Both the position numbers and the translations under genes were made by a program. A DNA stretch of 64,000 nucleotides from Camelus ferus (Eukaryota): contig NC_045696.1 in the NCBI RefSeq assembly GCF_009834535.1, positions 54,004,001 to 54,068,000 on the forward strand, read 5' to 3'. Positions 21,701 to 34,580 of the stretch are shown here, in pieces. The notes beneath the pieces are model-generated. The model searched no databases, was not told where the DNA came from, and was given only the letters and a program-made list of their open reading frames with translations. Numbering within the stretch: position 1 is the first letter of the stretch; each line of letters opens with the position of its first letter.

Positions 21701-24700
21701 ACAGCCCTGACTCTGGGCCTGTTTGTCTATAATGTCAAGGTCCCATCAGGCCCACCCACTGCATCCCAGGGTCCTCCTTAAGGCAAATGTTGACACTGTT
21801 CAGTCCGGCCATACAAGACAGATGGCAACACTTCACTACATAAGACACTTTCTGAAGAACACACCAAGAATTCTCTGCCCTTTTGGACATTAGGCCTTTC
21901 TACCACTTTCCCACGTAATACAAAGGATTATAACATAAAAATTTAAACATGGCATTCTTATAAGGATTATTTTAAATCTGTTCTAATAAAGAAAAATCTG
22001 TAAGTTTTGATACCTTATCCTTAGACCACATTATCTGTAGACATCTTACAACTCATCTTGACATATTCGCTGAAAGCTAGCAAGAATGAAGGAATCACAT
22101 CATCATTTTTGTCTAACAGGGAATAGCATATGTTTATGTTACTAAATTTGCAGAAATCTAATGTCCCAGTCATACTTATCATCACACCGGACACCTGTTT
22201 ATGGTTTTATTGCTCAAAATCCTTGATGCTATAGAATACCAAATAATGCAGAGGCAGGAAACTCTCCTTAACCTGAGAACACCACCAAGATTTCTATGGC
22301 TTTCTGCCAGCCAGTAAGTGAGAAAAAGCCCGAACCACAAAGCCATGATAAAGAGAGCCATTTATGTAGATAATTGATAAGCAAATGCTAATGAACCAGC
22401 CTCCTATTTCTTCCACTAGAATATTACTGCATTTCAAGTGCTTGGAAAAGAGTGAGCGTGATTTGCTCATATCTTGAAACCAGTTCTTGTGTAAATTTTA
22501 GTATTTGAGGGGAAATCGAGTATGGTACTTTCAATCCTAATTGAGCTCTCCTACTTTGAAAATCCTGGATTGCTAAGACAGTTAGTTGACGGCAATGCCT
22601 AATGGAGAGTCTAGGATCATCCCTGAATTTACAGAATTTGCTCTCAGGCTTCTCTCTGTCAATACAAGAAATCAAAGACTGATCATAATCCTGGCAAACA
22701 ATCTACAGTTCTTTTGCTGGTCCTTTGAGATGGCCTTGCATGCATTATGTATGGTACTCATCTGATATTAGCAGTTAACAGTATTAACTGTGGTGAAAAC
22801 GACGATAGGAAGTAAAAATTAAAAATAGAATATAGCCTTACCAAATTAGAAGTTTAATGAGAAAAGATCTCTCCCTCATTAAAATCTTTCCTGTCTCTTC
22901 TGAACCAATCTTTGTACCTCCTACTGTTATGCCCATTTGATTCTTCAAACTAAGCTTTAAGGAAGAAGTTCCCCCTTTGATTAAGGAGGTTCAATTATTT
23001 CATTAATGAAATGGCTAATTATGTCAAAACTTGTGTAACGTACCTGTATTATTCTTCACTGAAATGAGATTCGGCTGAAATAACTCTTCCCTGATGGAAA
23101 GTAATTGAAGATAGTTGCAACTACCTTTGACTAATTAGATAAATTGTGTTCAAAATTAGAGATTTACAATTCTGGACCAAATGACAGTCCATAGTAACAC
23201 AGTATAAAGTCAACTCTAATGTAAAAAAAAACCCAAAACAACAAATTTTAATACAATCTATTATAATATCTTGATCAGTATTTAGGCTTTGGAATTCTGC
23301 TTTGTTGTGACTTTGAAAACCAGGTCATACTTGAACAAGATTTATTTGACAGAGATTCCCTGGACAATAATAAATAGTTGACCTTAACAAATATTAGTAG
23401 CCAATCACCAATGTCTGGTTTGGTACAGAATTAACACATAGGGCAAATGAGATAGGAATCCGTATTTTTAAAAATCTTGCCTGTTTTGGTTTGAATTGAA
23501 GATCTCTATGTTTTATCATGATAATGAAAAGCTTTGATCTGAAGCCAAATAGCCCGAGTTCAAATTCTGTTTCTTCACCCCTCGTTGGGACTACTAATCA
23601 CACTAAATTCGTATCTGTAGAAAGCACTGAATGTATCTAACAACTGAATAAACGCAGAAAGGTGTGTCCATTTGAGGGGCAGATGCTCCTGGAGGTTAGA
23701 GATAGCTTATCCCTTCCCTTCCCTGTTTTTCTCTTGCTTTCAAATAACATTATTTTAATTTTGTTTTTTAGTTATGTTCTTTGAGCCTTTTAAAGGTATA
23801 TTCTTAAGAATCAGAGTTAAAATTATCAAACACTTTAAACACAGATACCAATTGGACATGGGAAAGAACGGCAGGAAATAGCTAGATTGGGTGTCTGAGA
23901 GCCCAAACTTGGCATGGTCAGGGTTAGTAACAATGGATACCACAGGGCTCTGACTGGCCTGGAAGTACAGGGCAGAATATTCTTAAAGGAAGGTCTTAGG
24001 AAAAGTACGTATAAGGATGTGTGTGTGCATGAACCTGGTGTAGAGTTTATCACTGTCTTCTCAGGTGCTTCACTTAGCAAATGAGCTCAGCAATATTCCC
24101 CCAGAAATTGCTTGCTCTGGGGTGCTTAACAAATGGCTGGCCATTTAATGGCCCGAAAGCAGAGCCAGGGAAGGTTAACACACTGACAAAATGGGCATTA
24201 ACTATGATAACAACTGTTTTCATGGGGGATTATTGCTATTATAAACCTTATTCAACACCATAATGCTAGCAATAATTTTTCTTTTTCTCCCATTTTAAAA
24301 TTAAGTCATGCACCAGAATGTACATGACACAGAGGAGACCTGAAAACTCAAAGTATTAGACCTTTAATAGCCTTTTCATAATTCTCTGTTGTTGCAAAAA
24401 AAAAAAGAACGAAAAAAAGAAAAACACTCATATGTGTATTCTAATGCTTGAGTAGGTTATATTATACTAGATAAGGTGTATTTAGGAAGACAGATGGCAA
24501 TATTTTTAGATCCTATTGTGCACAAAGACTCATACTCCTCTCTCCCAAATCCTTTCAAGCTTCATTTTGACTGGATTAGATGTCCATGGTTAAAGTACTT
24601 ACTCTGGCTTGGGCAACAAAAGATATGGCATGTTTATATGGAAAATCTGTGTCCAACTGGTTGGTAAAGGAAGAATGTGAAGACGTGCCTAACCTGGTCT

Positions 24701-24751
24701 CAGCATGTGCATAATTTATCACAGTAACATTTGAAAGATAAAATACCTGTT

Positions 24752-24825
24752 CGGTGTTAAATTGTTATGTAGTACACCTGAAACTAACATAATGTATGTC
24801 AACTCTATCTCAGTTAAAAAAAAAA
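24752..24825 (+). mobile_element. Very short L1 3' tail insertion
   Basis: 'tgtagtacacctgaaactaacataatgtatgtcaactctatctcagttaaaaaaaaa'; degenerate TSD ending (a/g)cctgtt on both sides. Confidence 0.7.
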
Positions 24826-25430
24826 TTAAGTGCCTGTTTAGTAAGAATGAGACATTTCTCTAGTAACATTCAGTCGTGGAGCACAAGTCAAGAACAGCAT
24901 GTCCGAGGGCACACTAGCTGAAGGAAAGTGGCTTGCTGGGATCTGGATCACGGGACCCCTAGTGGAGGTGCAGCCTCAGAACAGACAGGTCCTGGGTGAG
25001 GGAGGGGCTCTTGATAGAGACTTTTTCTGAGCTGTTGTTTGCCTCCAAAAGAGGAAGGGGAGGGGCAAAGTCAAGCATCTTACTTCCTAAGTCAGTCTAG
25101 ATCAGGACTGATAAATAAACCAAGGGCAAACTTGCTGAGTAAACATTGCAGCTGAGTCCCAGCATAGCTGGTTCTCAAATGAGCTGAAATAGATGGCATT
25201 GCCGAATCCAGTCACAGTTTGCATTTTTTCTTCTGCCACTCAAGCTAGAGCAGATTTGGCTTTCCTTATCACGGCTCCTTTCCATGTGTATCCTATTCGC
25301 TTCTCAGATTTGTTTTCTTATCATTTTTGGCCTCCATTTTTGTTGTAGATCCTCTCCTTTGTTAGCTCTGAATTACCTTCTTTCGCTATTTCCTTTGCGT
25401 CTCCTTTTTTAGAAGTTACTTTCACTTGTC

Positions 25431-25432
<2 letters not shown>

Positions 25433-25486
<54 letters not shown>
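25433..25486. repeat. (CA)27 microsatellite
   Basis: Perfect CA run. Confidence 0.97.
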
Positions 25487-25488
<2 letters not shown>

Positions 25489-25899
25489 CACTGCTTAGAA
25501 CACAGAAAGAAACTTTAGGATTCCTTTTCCTGTTGGACCACTCTGCTCCCAAATCCTTTGCTATGCCAGCTGGCAACAACTCCCCACTGACTGGCAGGGA
25601 TGTTCCATCACTTACCACCAACTCTGGAAAACAGCCGAAGCTCTTTAATTCTTCCTTTCTCTCTGCTTGTCCCTTTAGCCCAACTTTAATTCTCTAGTTT
25701 CAATTCACCAACAGCAAGTTCCCTATATATTCCAGCATGTGCAGTATTAAACTTAAGTCTCCTTCACAGTATCCTATTCTGGGTTCAAAACAGGATGGCA
25801 ATTTACTCGCATGTATTGAATTTTTATTGTATTTATTTATTCTAAGACACCTATCATTATTAGGAAACAGTAACAATTTAGAATGTTTCTGACAGATGG

Positions 25900-26175
25900 T
25901 CATGTAATCTCTAGTTGATCACTTGCATTAAAAACAAGTTTACTACCTTGTAAGCCAGGAAGCATCATTTTATTCTTCATTTGACTTAGAATATTCTTCC
26001 TCCCTCTTAGACAAAATTTGTTTCCTAGAAATTATCTCTGGTGGGCAATAGTTCTTCCATGTAAAGTATCTACTTTCTCATTTGGTACAACTTTTAACTA
26101 TTCTTAAATAGGTATCCACCCTGAGTCTTCTTTAAGCAAAATACTTACATTCTCCTTAATATTCATTATAAGGGA
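25900..26175 (-). mobile_element. L3/CR1 3' fragment, highly degraded
   Basis: 'tttactaccttgtaagccag...ttcttccatgtaa...ccctgagtcttctt...ctccttaatattcattataag' resembles antisense L3. Confidence 0.4.
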
Positions 26176-27944
26176 AATACAGCACAATTTTGACCAGCCC
26201 CATTTATCTCTACCCTGACTTGACCCTTAACCCACATAGGTATGGTCTAAATCATAAAGAACAGAGTGCTTATTTATCAGACAAATTTAAAAAGTAATAT
26301 CCTCTACCATATTTTGCTGACCTCATTATCCCCTCAAGCTGGCCTAAGTTGGAAATCAACAAATTCAAGAGGAAATATAAAATGTTTGCTTTAAATTCCT
26401 AGGCATCTATAAAAATCCTAACATTCCAAGATTATTCACAGCTATACCTACTGCTGCTTTCCTATATGCAATCCAAATCTGTTAGAATAGATGCATTGTA
26501 TATGACTACCATTTCATCCAAAATAAAACAATCTAGCCCTCAGTGAAGCTATCAGGATCCTTATTTCACAATGGCCAAAACCTGGGTCTGACTCACGTAT
26601 AGCCATCCACGCCACAGCTTCCTTGAGTCTTGACAGCCAGATCAGACCAAGCCCCTTTAGGGTCTTTTGTTACTAAAGTCTGGGGTCTCAGGCATGTAAA
26701 GAGTGATATTATACCACCAGCTGATCTATTACAAAATTGAGGGAGAGAGAGTGTAGCCCAGCAAATTCCACAGTCAAAGCTCACTGGTCTTAGAGCAGCC
26801 AGTGAGGTATCGCTTTGATGTTCTACTTGGCATGTTCATGAACCTTAACTCCTGCTATCTGATCAGCTGCAAGGGAATGGATATTTGACTGGGTCTGAGA
26901 GGCTTAGAGACTACCACAGAGGTGAGGGCTTTCCCTTCTTATCTGCAACATTGCTCCTTTGATCTCTTGCAGCATCTTGTAAACGGTTATGAGTTTGGGC
27001 TTAGAAATTCACTGTGTGTGAGTCCATAGTAAAGACAAGAAGACTTCACCTTACAGAAAAGAGTGTGACTTTATCAAACCTAAAACATGTGCTATAAACC
27101 TCCCCAGGCCCCGTGGAGGAGGATTATCTCATGTTAACTCTGTCCAGCTCCAAGAGAGAGCTACGCCAGGGCACAGCCTAGGGTCTGGCAGTACTGGAAT
27201 CTGGGAATTAGAGACAGTGAATCTGCACAGACTCATACTTTAAATCAATGTCAGTTTCATCTGAACTTTGCCTTTGAAGAAATTAATCAATTTTTTTCTT
27301 TTTTTTCTCTCTTGTTTTCTCACTTGTTTTTTCCTGCTTTGAGATAGGTTGCCAAAAAGAAGTAAATGAGTGAATTGCCATACACTTCACTTCCCTTTGA
27401 AGTGAGTTGGCTGTGACTGGCGTTTGAGCACAATATCTAGAGTGGACATTTACTTATATACTGTCCAACGTGGCCCACTGGTACCCATGTTCTGAGCTCC
27501 AGCTTACCCTAGCCACTCTCTCACCATCCTTGAGTGGGTTCCAGCATCCGTCTTCTGTACTTCTAACCAAAGTACCTTTGCATGGCTCCCATTTCTCAAA
27601 TACACTGTGTCCTATCTGCCTAAATTCACTGCTTAGCTATTAGATGGCGAGTAGGATTTATCTTGCATATCGATAGCAGTTGATTAGTAGTAGCTGCCTG
27701 GAATACAGTTGTGGGAAAAATTATGAGGACTATATTTGTGCTCACTGTGACTGATTGCAAACACCTGCAGTGGGGACAGGGCGGTGAGGTGGTACCATGT
27801 GTGCCACTCTTCAATGATTTCTCATGCAATAATCTAAGACAAATGGACAACCAATGTGTATCCTGACAAGTTGTTTATGTACACAAGTCATTGTATCCCC
27901 ATAGGTTACCTATAGAGTAAATCCATCATCAATAATGGATAAAA

Positions 27945-28170
27945 CAGCTGTCATTTAATGAGCAACACCAATGTGCAAGCCACCATGCTTGGTGGTTGAT
28001 GTGCATTAATCTCAAATCTTTCCATCAACTCTCCAAAGTAGGTAATGCTATACACATTTTGCAGATGAGAAACCAGTGCTCAATGCACTTGAACAAGCTT
28101 CCCAAAGCCATGTAAATAAGTGAGTAGCAGGGTACCCTTCAAACTCTAGCTCATTGTGTGCCAAAATGTA
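27945..28170 (-). mobile_element. MIR SINE
   Basis: 'catttaatgagca...tgtgcaagcc...aagtaggta...cattttgcagatgagaaac...cttcccaaagcca'. Confidence 0.75.
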
Positions 28171-28753
28171 ACAGTGGCAAGAACAGAAATCCTAAGCATC
28201 CATGGACCCCACTGCATCCCGGAAGGAAAGTCTCCATTTTCTAAGAGAGAAGAAGGAGCCACGTGAAGGGACTTGAGTTCAAAGTATGACCTGACATCGA
28301 AAACAGTTTAGAGTCAAATGTAAAACATTAAAGTTTCTTAAGCTAAAATATTCTCAAAAGTTAGAATTATAACTGTGATTTATGGTTGAGAATGAGATGA
28401 GCAAAAATAGGCATTGTTTCCTGTTAATTTTATACTATGATTCAGAAGGTAAGAAATGGGTGTCTATAACCTAGATGGAAAATTCCATGAGGCCAAGGGT
28501 CTGCATTCTCAACTTTTTTCACTTCTTGCCACAGTTAAGACCAAGGAGAATTCCTTAAAAATCCCCACAAATGCTTGTTACCTAAGTATGCATTCACCTG
28601 AAACAAAAACAAAGGAAAAAGGAAAAAAAAAACCCAGCATACTAATAGGATGTTTATTTTTAATTCCTAGGAAAGTCATGGGAAATAAGAGGTAAATTTA
28701 TAACCAAGATGACAAAAGAGCTAGCTTCCAAATTCTGATTCTGTACCATTAAA

Positions 28754-29255
28754 GGATGACTGGATAAAGAATCTGTGGTATATTTATACAATGGACTACA
28801 ACTCAGCCATAAAAAAGAATAAAATAATGCCTTTTGCAGCAACATGGATGAACCTGGATATCATCATTCTAAGTGAAGTGAGCGAGAAAGAGAAAGAAAA
28901 ATACCATATGATATCCCTTACATATGGAATCAAAAAAAAAAAAAAGACACAAACCAACTTATTTAAAGAACAGAAACAGGCTCACAGACATAGAAGACAA
29001 ACTTACGGTTACTGGGAGGAAAGAGGGTGAGAAGGGATAAACTGGGAGTTTGAGACTTGCAGACTAACTACTATATATAAAATAGATAAACAAGTTTCTT
29101 CTGTATAGCACAGGGAAATATATTCAGTATCTTATAGTAACTTATAATGAAAAAGAGTAAGAAAAGGAATAAATGTACGTACATTTACAACTGAAACATG
29201 ATGCTGTATGCCAGAAATTGACACAACATTGTAAACTTACTATACTTCAATAAAA
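28754..29255 (+). mobile_element. Camelid L1 3' end: ORF2 C-terminus plus 3' UTR
   Basis: ORF 28791-29030 reads MDYNSAIKKNKIMPFAATWMNLDIIILSEVSEKEKEKYHMISLTYGI, matching the L1 ORF2p C-terminus; followed by the same 3' UTR as 17256-17632. Confidence 0.92.
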
Positions 29256-30584
29256 GACAATGGGGGACAAAGGGATCCATGTGTGTTGGTAAATCCCAAT
29301 CCCATGATAAAGAAGAACATCTTAGGAGCTGAATAGCAGTCTTCAAAAGCACAGCTTCATAACATTAAAGTGTGCTAGATAGAGATTTAGAAATACTACA
29401 GTCAGAACAATAACATTATTTTATTTAACATTCACTAGATGAGAGCAAAGAAAAGGCCTGCATGCTAAGAGTTAAGTAATTCAAGAAGAAATAGCAGCGC
29501 TATCCTACCAGACGTGGGGACAGTGTAACACTGCATTATCTCATTTTAGTAGCCGAAGTAATTATTTATGTTAAATAACCACAAAGTGATTATTGCCAGC
29601 ATAATGATTAAGGTTTATGGTGCAATGTAGAGGGCCAAACTTGTTATATAAATGGTAAACCTCATAACTCAGTTTTTTAATAACAGTTTGAGATTTAATC
29701 AACACAGAGTAATTGCATTAAATCTGAATGAAGTTCACATTGGAGACACGATAATATCAAGCAGAACATCTCATTCCTTTTTCTAATATTTAAAGCAGAT
29801 CCCATGATCGTGTGAATCAATGCAGTTCAGTTTAAGTTCACTGAAAAAACACTTCTCCTAGAGATCTTGGGTAGTTTATCTCCATCAGCTTTCCATGTGG
29901 AGCTTGCCAGTAAGTCAGAGACACTGGAAACTTACTAAAAGAACACATTTTGTCCATACTTTCTATTCAAAATATTTTAAAATTGCTTTTAGTATTTCCA
30001 GGTGTTAATTCATTACTCTAGGCCAATGCATCTCAAATTTTAGCACCAAAGAAAACCTGTGACATAAGAGAAATGCACTGTTCTCCCAGGAATTTGGGTC
30101 CACTATCCACCAAACCTTTAACTTTTCTCTAATGTGATATTTCATCTTTAAAATTATTGTAAAATGCATATTATTTTTCAGGATAATATCTGACTTTAAT
30201 TTTGTTCTTATACCAAGAATAAGATTTTAAATTGCTATCAAAGAAAGAAAAACTGTATAGTGTTTATTCTTGAATTATGCAGATCTCCAATTTGAGAGGC
30301 CTAGCTTCAGACACTTTAAGTAAAAATAATAGAAAATAAATATTTACCCTATGGCTCACTTTACTAGTTTTTCTAATTGGCATGTTTGAAAAGTCAATTA
30401 ACCTTTGTTAAAAACTTCAAGAAGATTAACGTGTACCTTAGCAGTTTCTATTTCCTCATGGCTAGATCTTACCAACATTTAACACAAGCTTGCTTGAATT
30501 TAAATAATGTTTTTGTTTTTATCACTTTGGGGTATCAGAGTGAGTCTAGACATTTCCTCTTCCTACTTGAAGTGGTGTCCCTGA

Positions 30585-30840
30585 GATACTATTTCCTGAA
30601 GACTGTCAGTTGAATTCTAGTCTTGTAAAATGACCCACCCATAAGGAAAGGATTCTATGATCAATTAACATTGGGAAACTAAGCACAACACATGTTTCTT
30701 ATAGTTTTAAAATAAACACTAGAAATATAGAACCCTCTGAGAAGTCCTGTCCTAACTCACCCAAGTTGCAATTCCAATTTCCACAAATTAGTCATTAACT
30801 ACTGGTAGAACTAGTGCTTCATAGAACACACTTTAAAAAA
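30585..30840. mobile_element. hAT-Charlie MER (MER103-like)
   Basis: 'aagggattctatgatcaattaacattgggaaac...ctctgagaagtcctg...agaacacacttt'. Confidence 0.55.
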
Positions 30841-32569
30841 ATATATGTATAGACTTACTGATCTCATTTGCTTATATTAAAATCCATTTCAGTGTTTGAC
30901 TTCCTAAACAAACAAACAAATAAAATCTGTTTTCATTTGGGTTTGTTTCTTTACTCTCCTGTAAAATTCAGCAGTGCCAGTCTCACTAGCTTGATTAAGT
31001 GCATCATGTGTTTTGGCAACAAGATCGGCATAGATCCACTTCTATTGGTTTCTTGCAGCTTTTCTAGTGGTGCCCATCCATGTGTCTTTCCTGGCTATAG
31101 AAACACATTGGGTTCATACTACCGACTTAGAATTACTAAGTTCCTCCTGTTTCTGTAAGTGGAGGTTTAGAATTCATCATGTTTATCATTGTTAGGATTT
31201 ATATTTTTCTTCATATCAATTATCATTAAGTAGACCAATTTGGTGCCCATCAGCTACTTTAAAGTCCATATATATGTACTTCTGAAACCTTCTTAAAATC
31301 TGTATCAGTCAGCTTGGAAATCTCATTCACTCTTTATAACAACTTATTTGGAGACTTTGCATTTACTCCTATCAAGCCATTGAATCTATCTGTAATCCTT
31401 TTATTTCCCTTCCCCAAAGATGCACCTATTCATTTGACTGTTTATTTCCTGTCTCTCACCCTGCTCCTCTCCAAGATAGAACAGTAAAATAGCAAATAAC
31501 GTTTGGGTAACCTATTGTACTTTACAGAGATCTTTAAAGCACATTATGTCATTATGATTCGGACACTGAATACTGAAAGAGCTGCAGGGAAGGAGAATGC
31601 GAGATGGCACAGCCCAGTGGGGAAACTGCACTGGACAGGAATAGGAACCCACAGAGAAAATCCAAGTAAGACAAACTAGAACATGAAATGGAAACCTGAG
31701 GGAAATGGAGTGGAAGATGGCAGAGGGCAATGATACATTTCAAAACAAACAGACTCTAAGAGAGTTTATGAAAAAAAAAATCATTGTGGAAGGGAATGAA
31801 ATAGAGAGAAGCCTAGGGGGGAGTTGATTGTTAACCCTGAAATGTAGCAAAGGACAGAAAAATGCAATCTAGTAGTCTAGGGAATGCTGAAAGAAGAAAA
31901 GAAATTGCCATGTGGGAAGTCTACTTTCACAACTCAGCAACAGTTTCATTAATTTCATATATAGTCTGTCTAATAAAAATAATTCAGCATGAACGGGGTA
32001 TAAATAAATAGTTATAAAACAAATTTCCCAGAAATTATTTACCCAATCCAGGTTGGGTTTTTTTTTGTTTTTTTTTATGAAGCTGTTTTATTGGGTATGT
32101 GGGTGGAGTGGCAAGAAAGGGACACTCAACTCAATGATGTGAGACTTAGGAGACTCGTGTTTACAATAGATGCTTCTGGGGGCAATGGCAATGTCGGTGT
32201 TATGGGTTATGTTTTCTGAGTATCTAATATATAACACAAATTCAGTAAATATTTGATATGAAGAAAATAATGATAAAGACCTTGCTTCTCCCTGTAATGT
32301 GCTTTATAATCAAGTCAGTCTGCCTCATGGTTTGGTTACAAGGATTTATAGCACACTTAGCATTCCTCATGAGATTAAAGATGCCATAACAGAAGGCATC
32401 ATGGGAAACAAAAGCGTGAGCTGCATGAAGACTGAGGTCTGGAAAGTGCCTGAGGTGCTGGTGGAGGTGGCAGATGTCTAGAGGGCAGAGGAAGGGGGCA
32501 AAGCAGATGAAGTGCAACCAGGGAGGGCACAGTACTTGGGGAGAATGGTGAATAGGGAGAAGGCAGCTC

Positions 32570-32805
32570 AAATAATAATGATGATGGTAAGAGCAGCACT
32601 ACAGTCTTTAATGTGTCTACCCTAATCCAGGCACTACACAAGCCACACACGTGCTCTTATTGAATCCTCATGTCATCCTGTGGATAAATGCCATTTAGAT
32701 AGGTGTTACTATTTGCAGATAAGGAATCTGAAGCTCTGAGAAGTTAAATAAGTGCTCTACAATTGCATAGCTAGTAAGTAGATTCAAATCCAAATCCGCT
32801 TGCCA
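32570..32805 (-). mobile_element. MIR SINE
   Basis: 'ccaggcacta...ttgaatcctca...tttgcagataaggaatctgaagctctgagaagttaaataa...atagctagtaagt'. Confidence 0.7.
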
Positions 32806-32990
32806 GGTTAAAATCTTCTCCCCTTCCCCAACTTAACAACCCTCATCATAAGTAGGGTGTGGGTTGGGATGAAGATGAAGTACAGAAATGATTCTTATTG
32901 ACAAAAATAGGGAAGCATTCCTAGAAGGACTATGAGTGTTATCTCATGGAAAGGAACACCAACCATTACAGTGTGGTTATCCCTGATTAA

Positions 32991-33186
32991 GAGGCTCATA
33001 GGCACATGAAAAGGTGCTTAACATTGCTCTTTACTAGAGAAATGCAAATCAAAACTACAATGAGGTATCACCTTCAGACCAGTAAGAATGGCCATCATTA
33101 AAATGTCTACAAATAATAAATGCTAAGGAGGGTGTGGAGAAAAGGAAACTCTTCTACACTGCTGGTGGGAATGTAAATTGGTGCAG
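32991..33186 (+). mobile_element. Internal L1 ORF2 fragment (CCHC zinc-knuckle region) without 3' UTR or poly(A)
   Basis: Translates HMKRCLTLLFTREMQIKTTMRYHL / (frameshift) RPVRMAIIKMSTNNKC*GGCGEKETLLHCWWECKLVQ. Confidence 0.85.
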
Positions 33187-33310
33187 ATAATAATAATGGT
33201 GCTAATTCCACACTTGCAGAATTGGGATAATTAAGAAAGCAAACATACATGGAATGCTCAGCACACTGACTGACATATAGTAAGTATTCCATAAATAAGA
33301 GTTTTCCCTT
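33187..33310 (+). mobile_element. MIR 3' half
   Basis: 'gataattaagaaagcaaacatacatggaatgctcagcacactgactgacatatagtaagtattccataaata'. Confidence 0.6.
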
Positions 33311-33529
33311 GTTGCTATTCATGCTGCCCCTGTTGTTAATGTTACATCTAGGTTATCTGTGTCACTCCCAAACTTTTTTCCCCCGATATGAGTATACTTC
33401 AACAAGAAGATATTTAGAACTAGAGGGACTAGTGATTTGCAGAGTACCCGTAGGATACAAAGCTAGTCAATCACAAATTCCGGAAGAGAATCTCTATAAA
33501 TTGGAATGCTTGGGGCTCAGGTGTGGATT

Positions 33530-34580
33530 TCTCTTTCCTGTTAACCTAGATTATGTCATCCAGTTTTGTGGCTTTAATATACTGATGACATCTAGATTTA
33601 AACCTTCAGCCTAGTCCTTTCCCTTGGAATCCAATCTCATATATCCAATTCCCTATTTGACATCTCCACCTTGATGCCTGATAGCATCTCCAACTTAACA
33701 TGTCTAAAATTGAGCCCCAAGTCTTCAAATCATCTCTTACTCCTCCCCATCAAAGTTGATGGCAAATCCATCCTCTTGCTGCTTGGATCAGGCACTGTCC
33801 TATGTTAACTGACTTCTCTTTCTCACTCCACATTCATTCTGCTGTGAGACCCTGTTGGATCGACCTTAAGAGACTCCCACAATCTGACTCTCTCTCACAC
33901 AACATTGCCACCACCCTGGCTGGGGTCAGCGTCTGCTCTAGTCTGGCATATTCCAATAGTCTCCTAAGTGGCTCCCTACTTCTTTCTTGGCTTTTACTGT
34001 ATTTTCTTCTCATGTCAACTGAAGTGATCATTTAAGCATTTGGATCAGAGCTTGTCACTTTTCTGCTCAAAGGACTCCAATGGCATAATGTCTCACTAAG
34101 AGACAGAAGCTCAAGTCCTTAGGAAGTGCTCTAGGGGTCCTTCCCATGCAGACTGCTGTTGTCTTTCTAGCCGTGTTGCTCCTTTACTAGGGGGGCAATG
34201 GCCACATCAGCCTCCTCAATGCATCTTCACATGTACCAGGCACCCTCCTGCCTAAATTGTTCTGAACCTGGTAGTGCACCACCCAAGCATCAGCATGGCT
34301 TATTCTTCAAGTCTTTTACTCAACTGTCAGGAAGGTGTCTAAAATATCAGCCAGTGCACCTGAAAACCTTTCCTGTACCTGATTATTTCTATGTCCTTCC
34401 CTTCTATGTGTCTGTTTTCCCCACCACTCCTAACATACTATCGAGTTTATTTTCTGGTTGCTCAGCTTTCTGTCTCCCATCTCTCAAATGCAAGCTCCTT
34501 GAGGGCTCGCTTTTCCTCTTCCATCATTGCTTTTCCTTTGGCGTCAACAACAGTGTGTGGTTCAAGAATAAATGAGTGAA
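33530..34580 (+). mobile_element. L2 (L2a-like) 3' ~1 kb
   Basis: 'ctgatgac...catatatccaattccctatttgacatctccac...aacttaacatgtctaaaattgagc...tgcaagctccttgagggc...aataaatgagtgaa'. Confidence 0.8.

Noticed and set aside
18417..23077. Shared 13-mer TGAGATTCGGCTG at ~18417 and ~23065
   Set aside because: Tens of 13-mer matches are expected by chance in 64 kb, and the flanks do not align
28791..29030. 79-aa ORF as a host gene
   Set aside because: It is the C-terminus of L1 ORF2p in a 5'-truncated element
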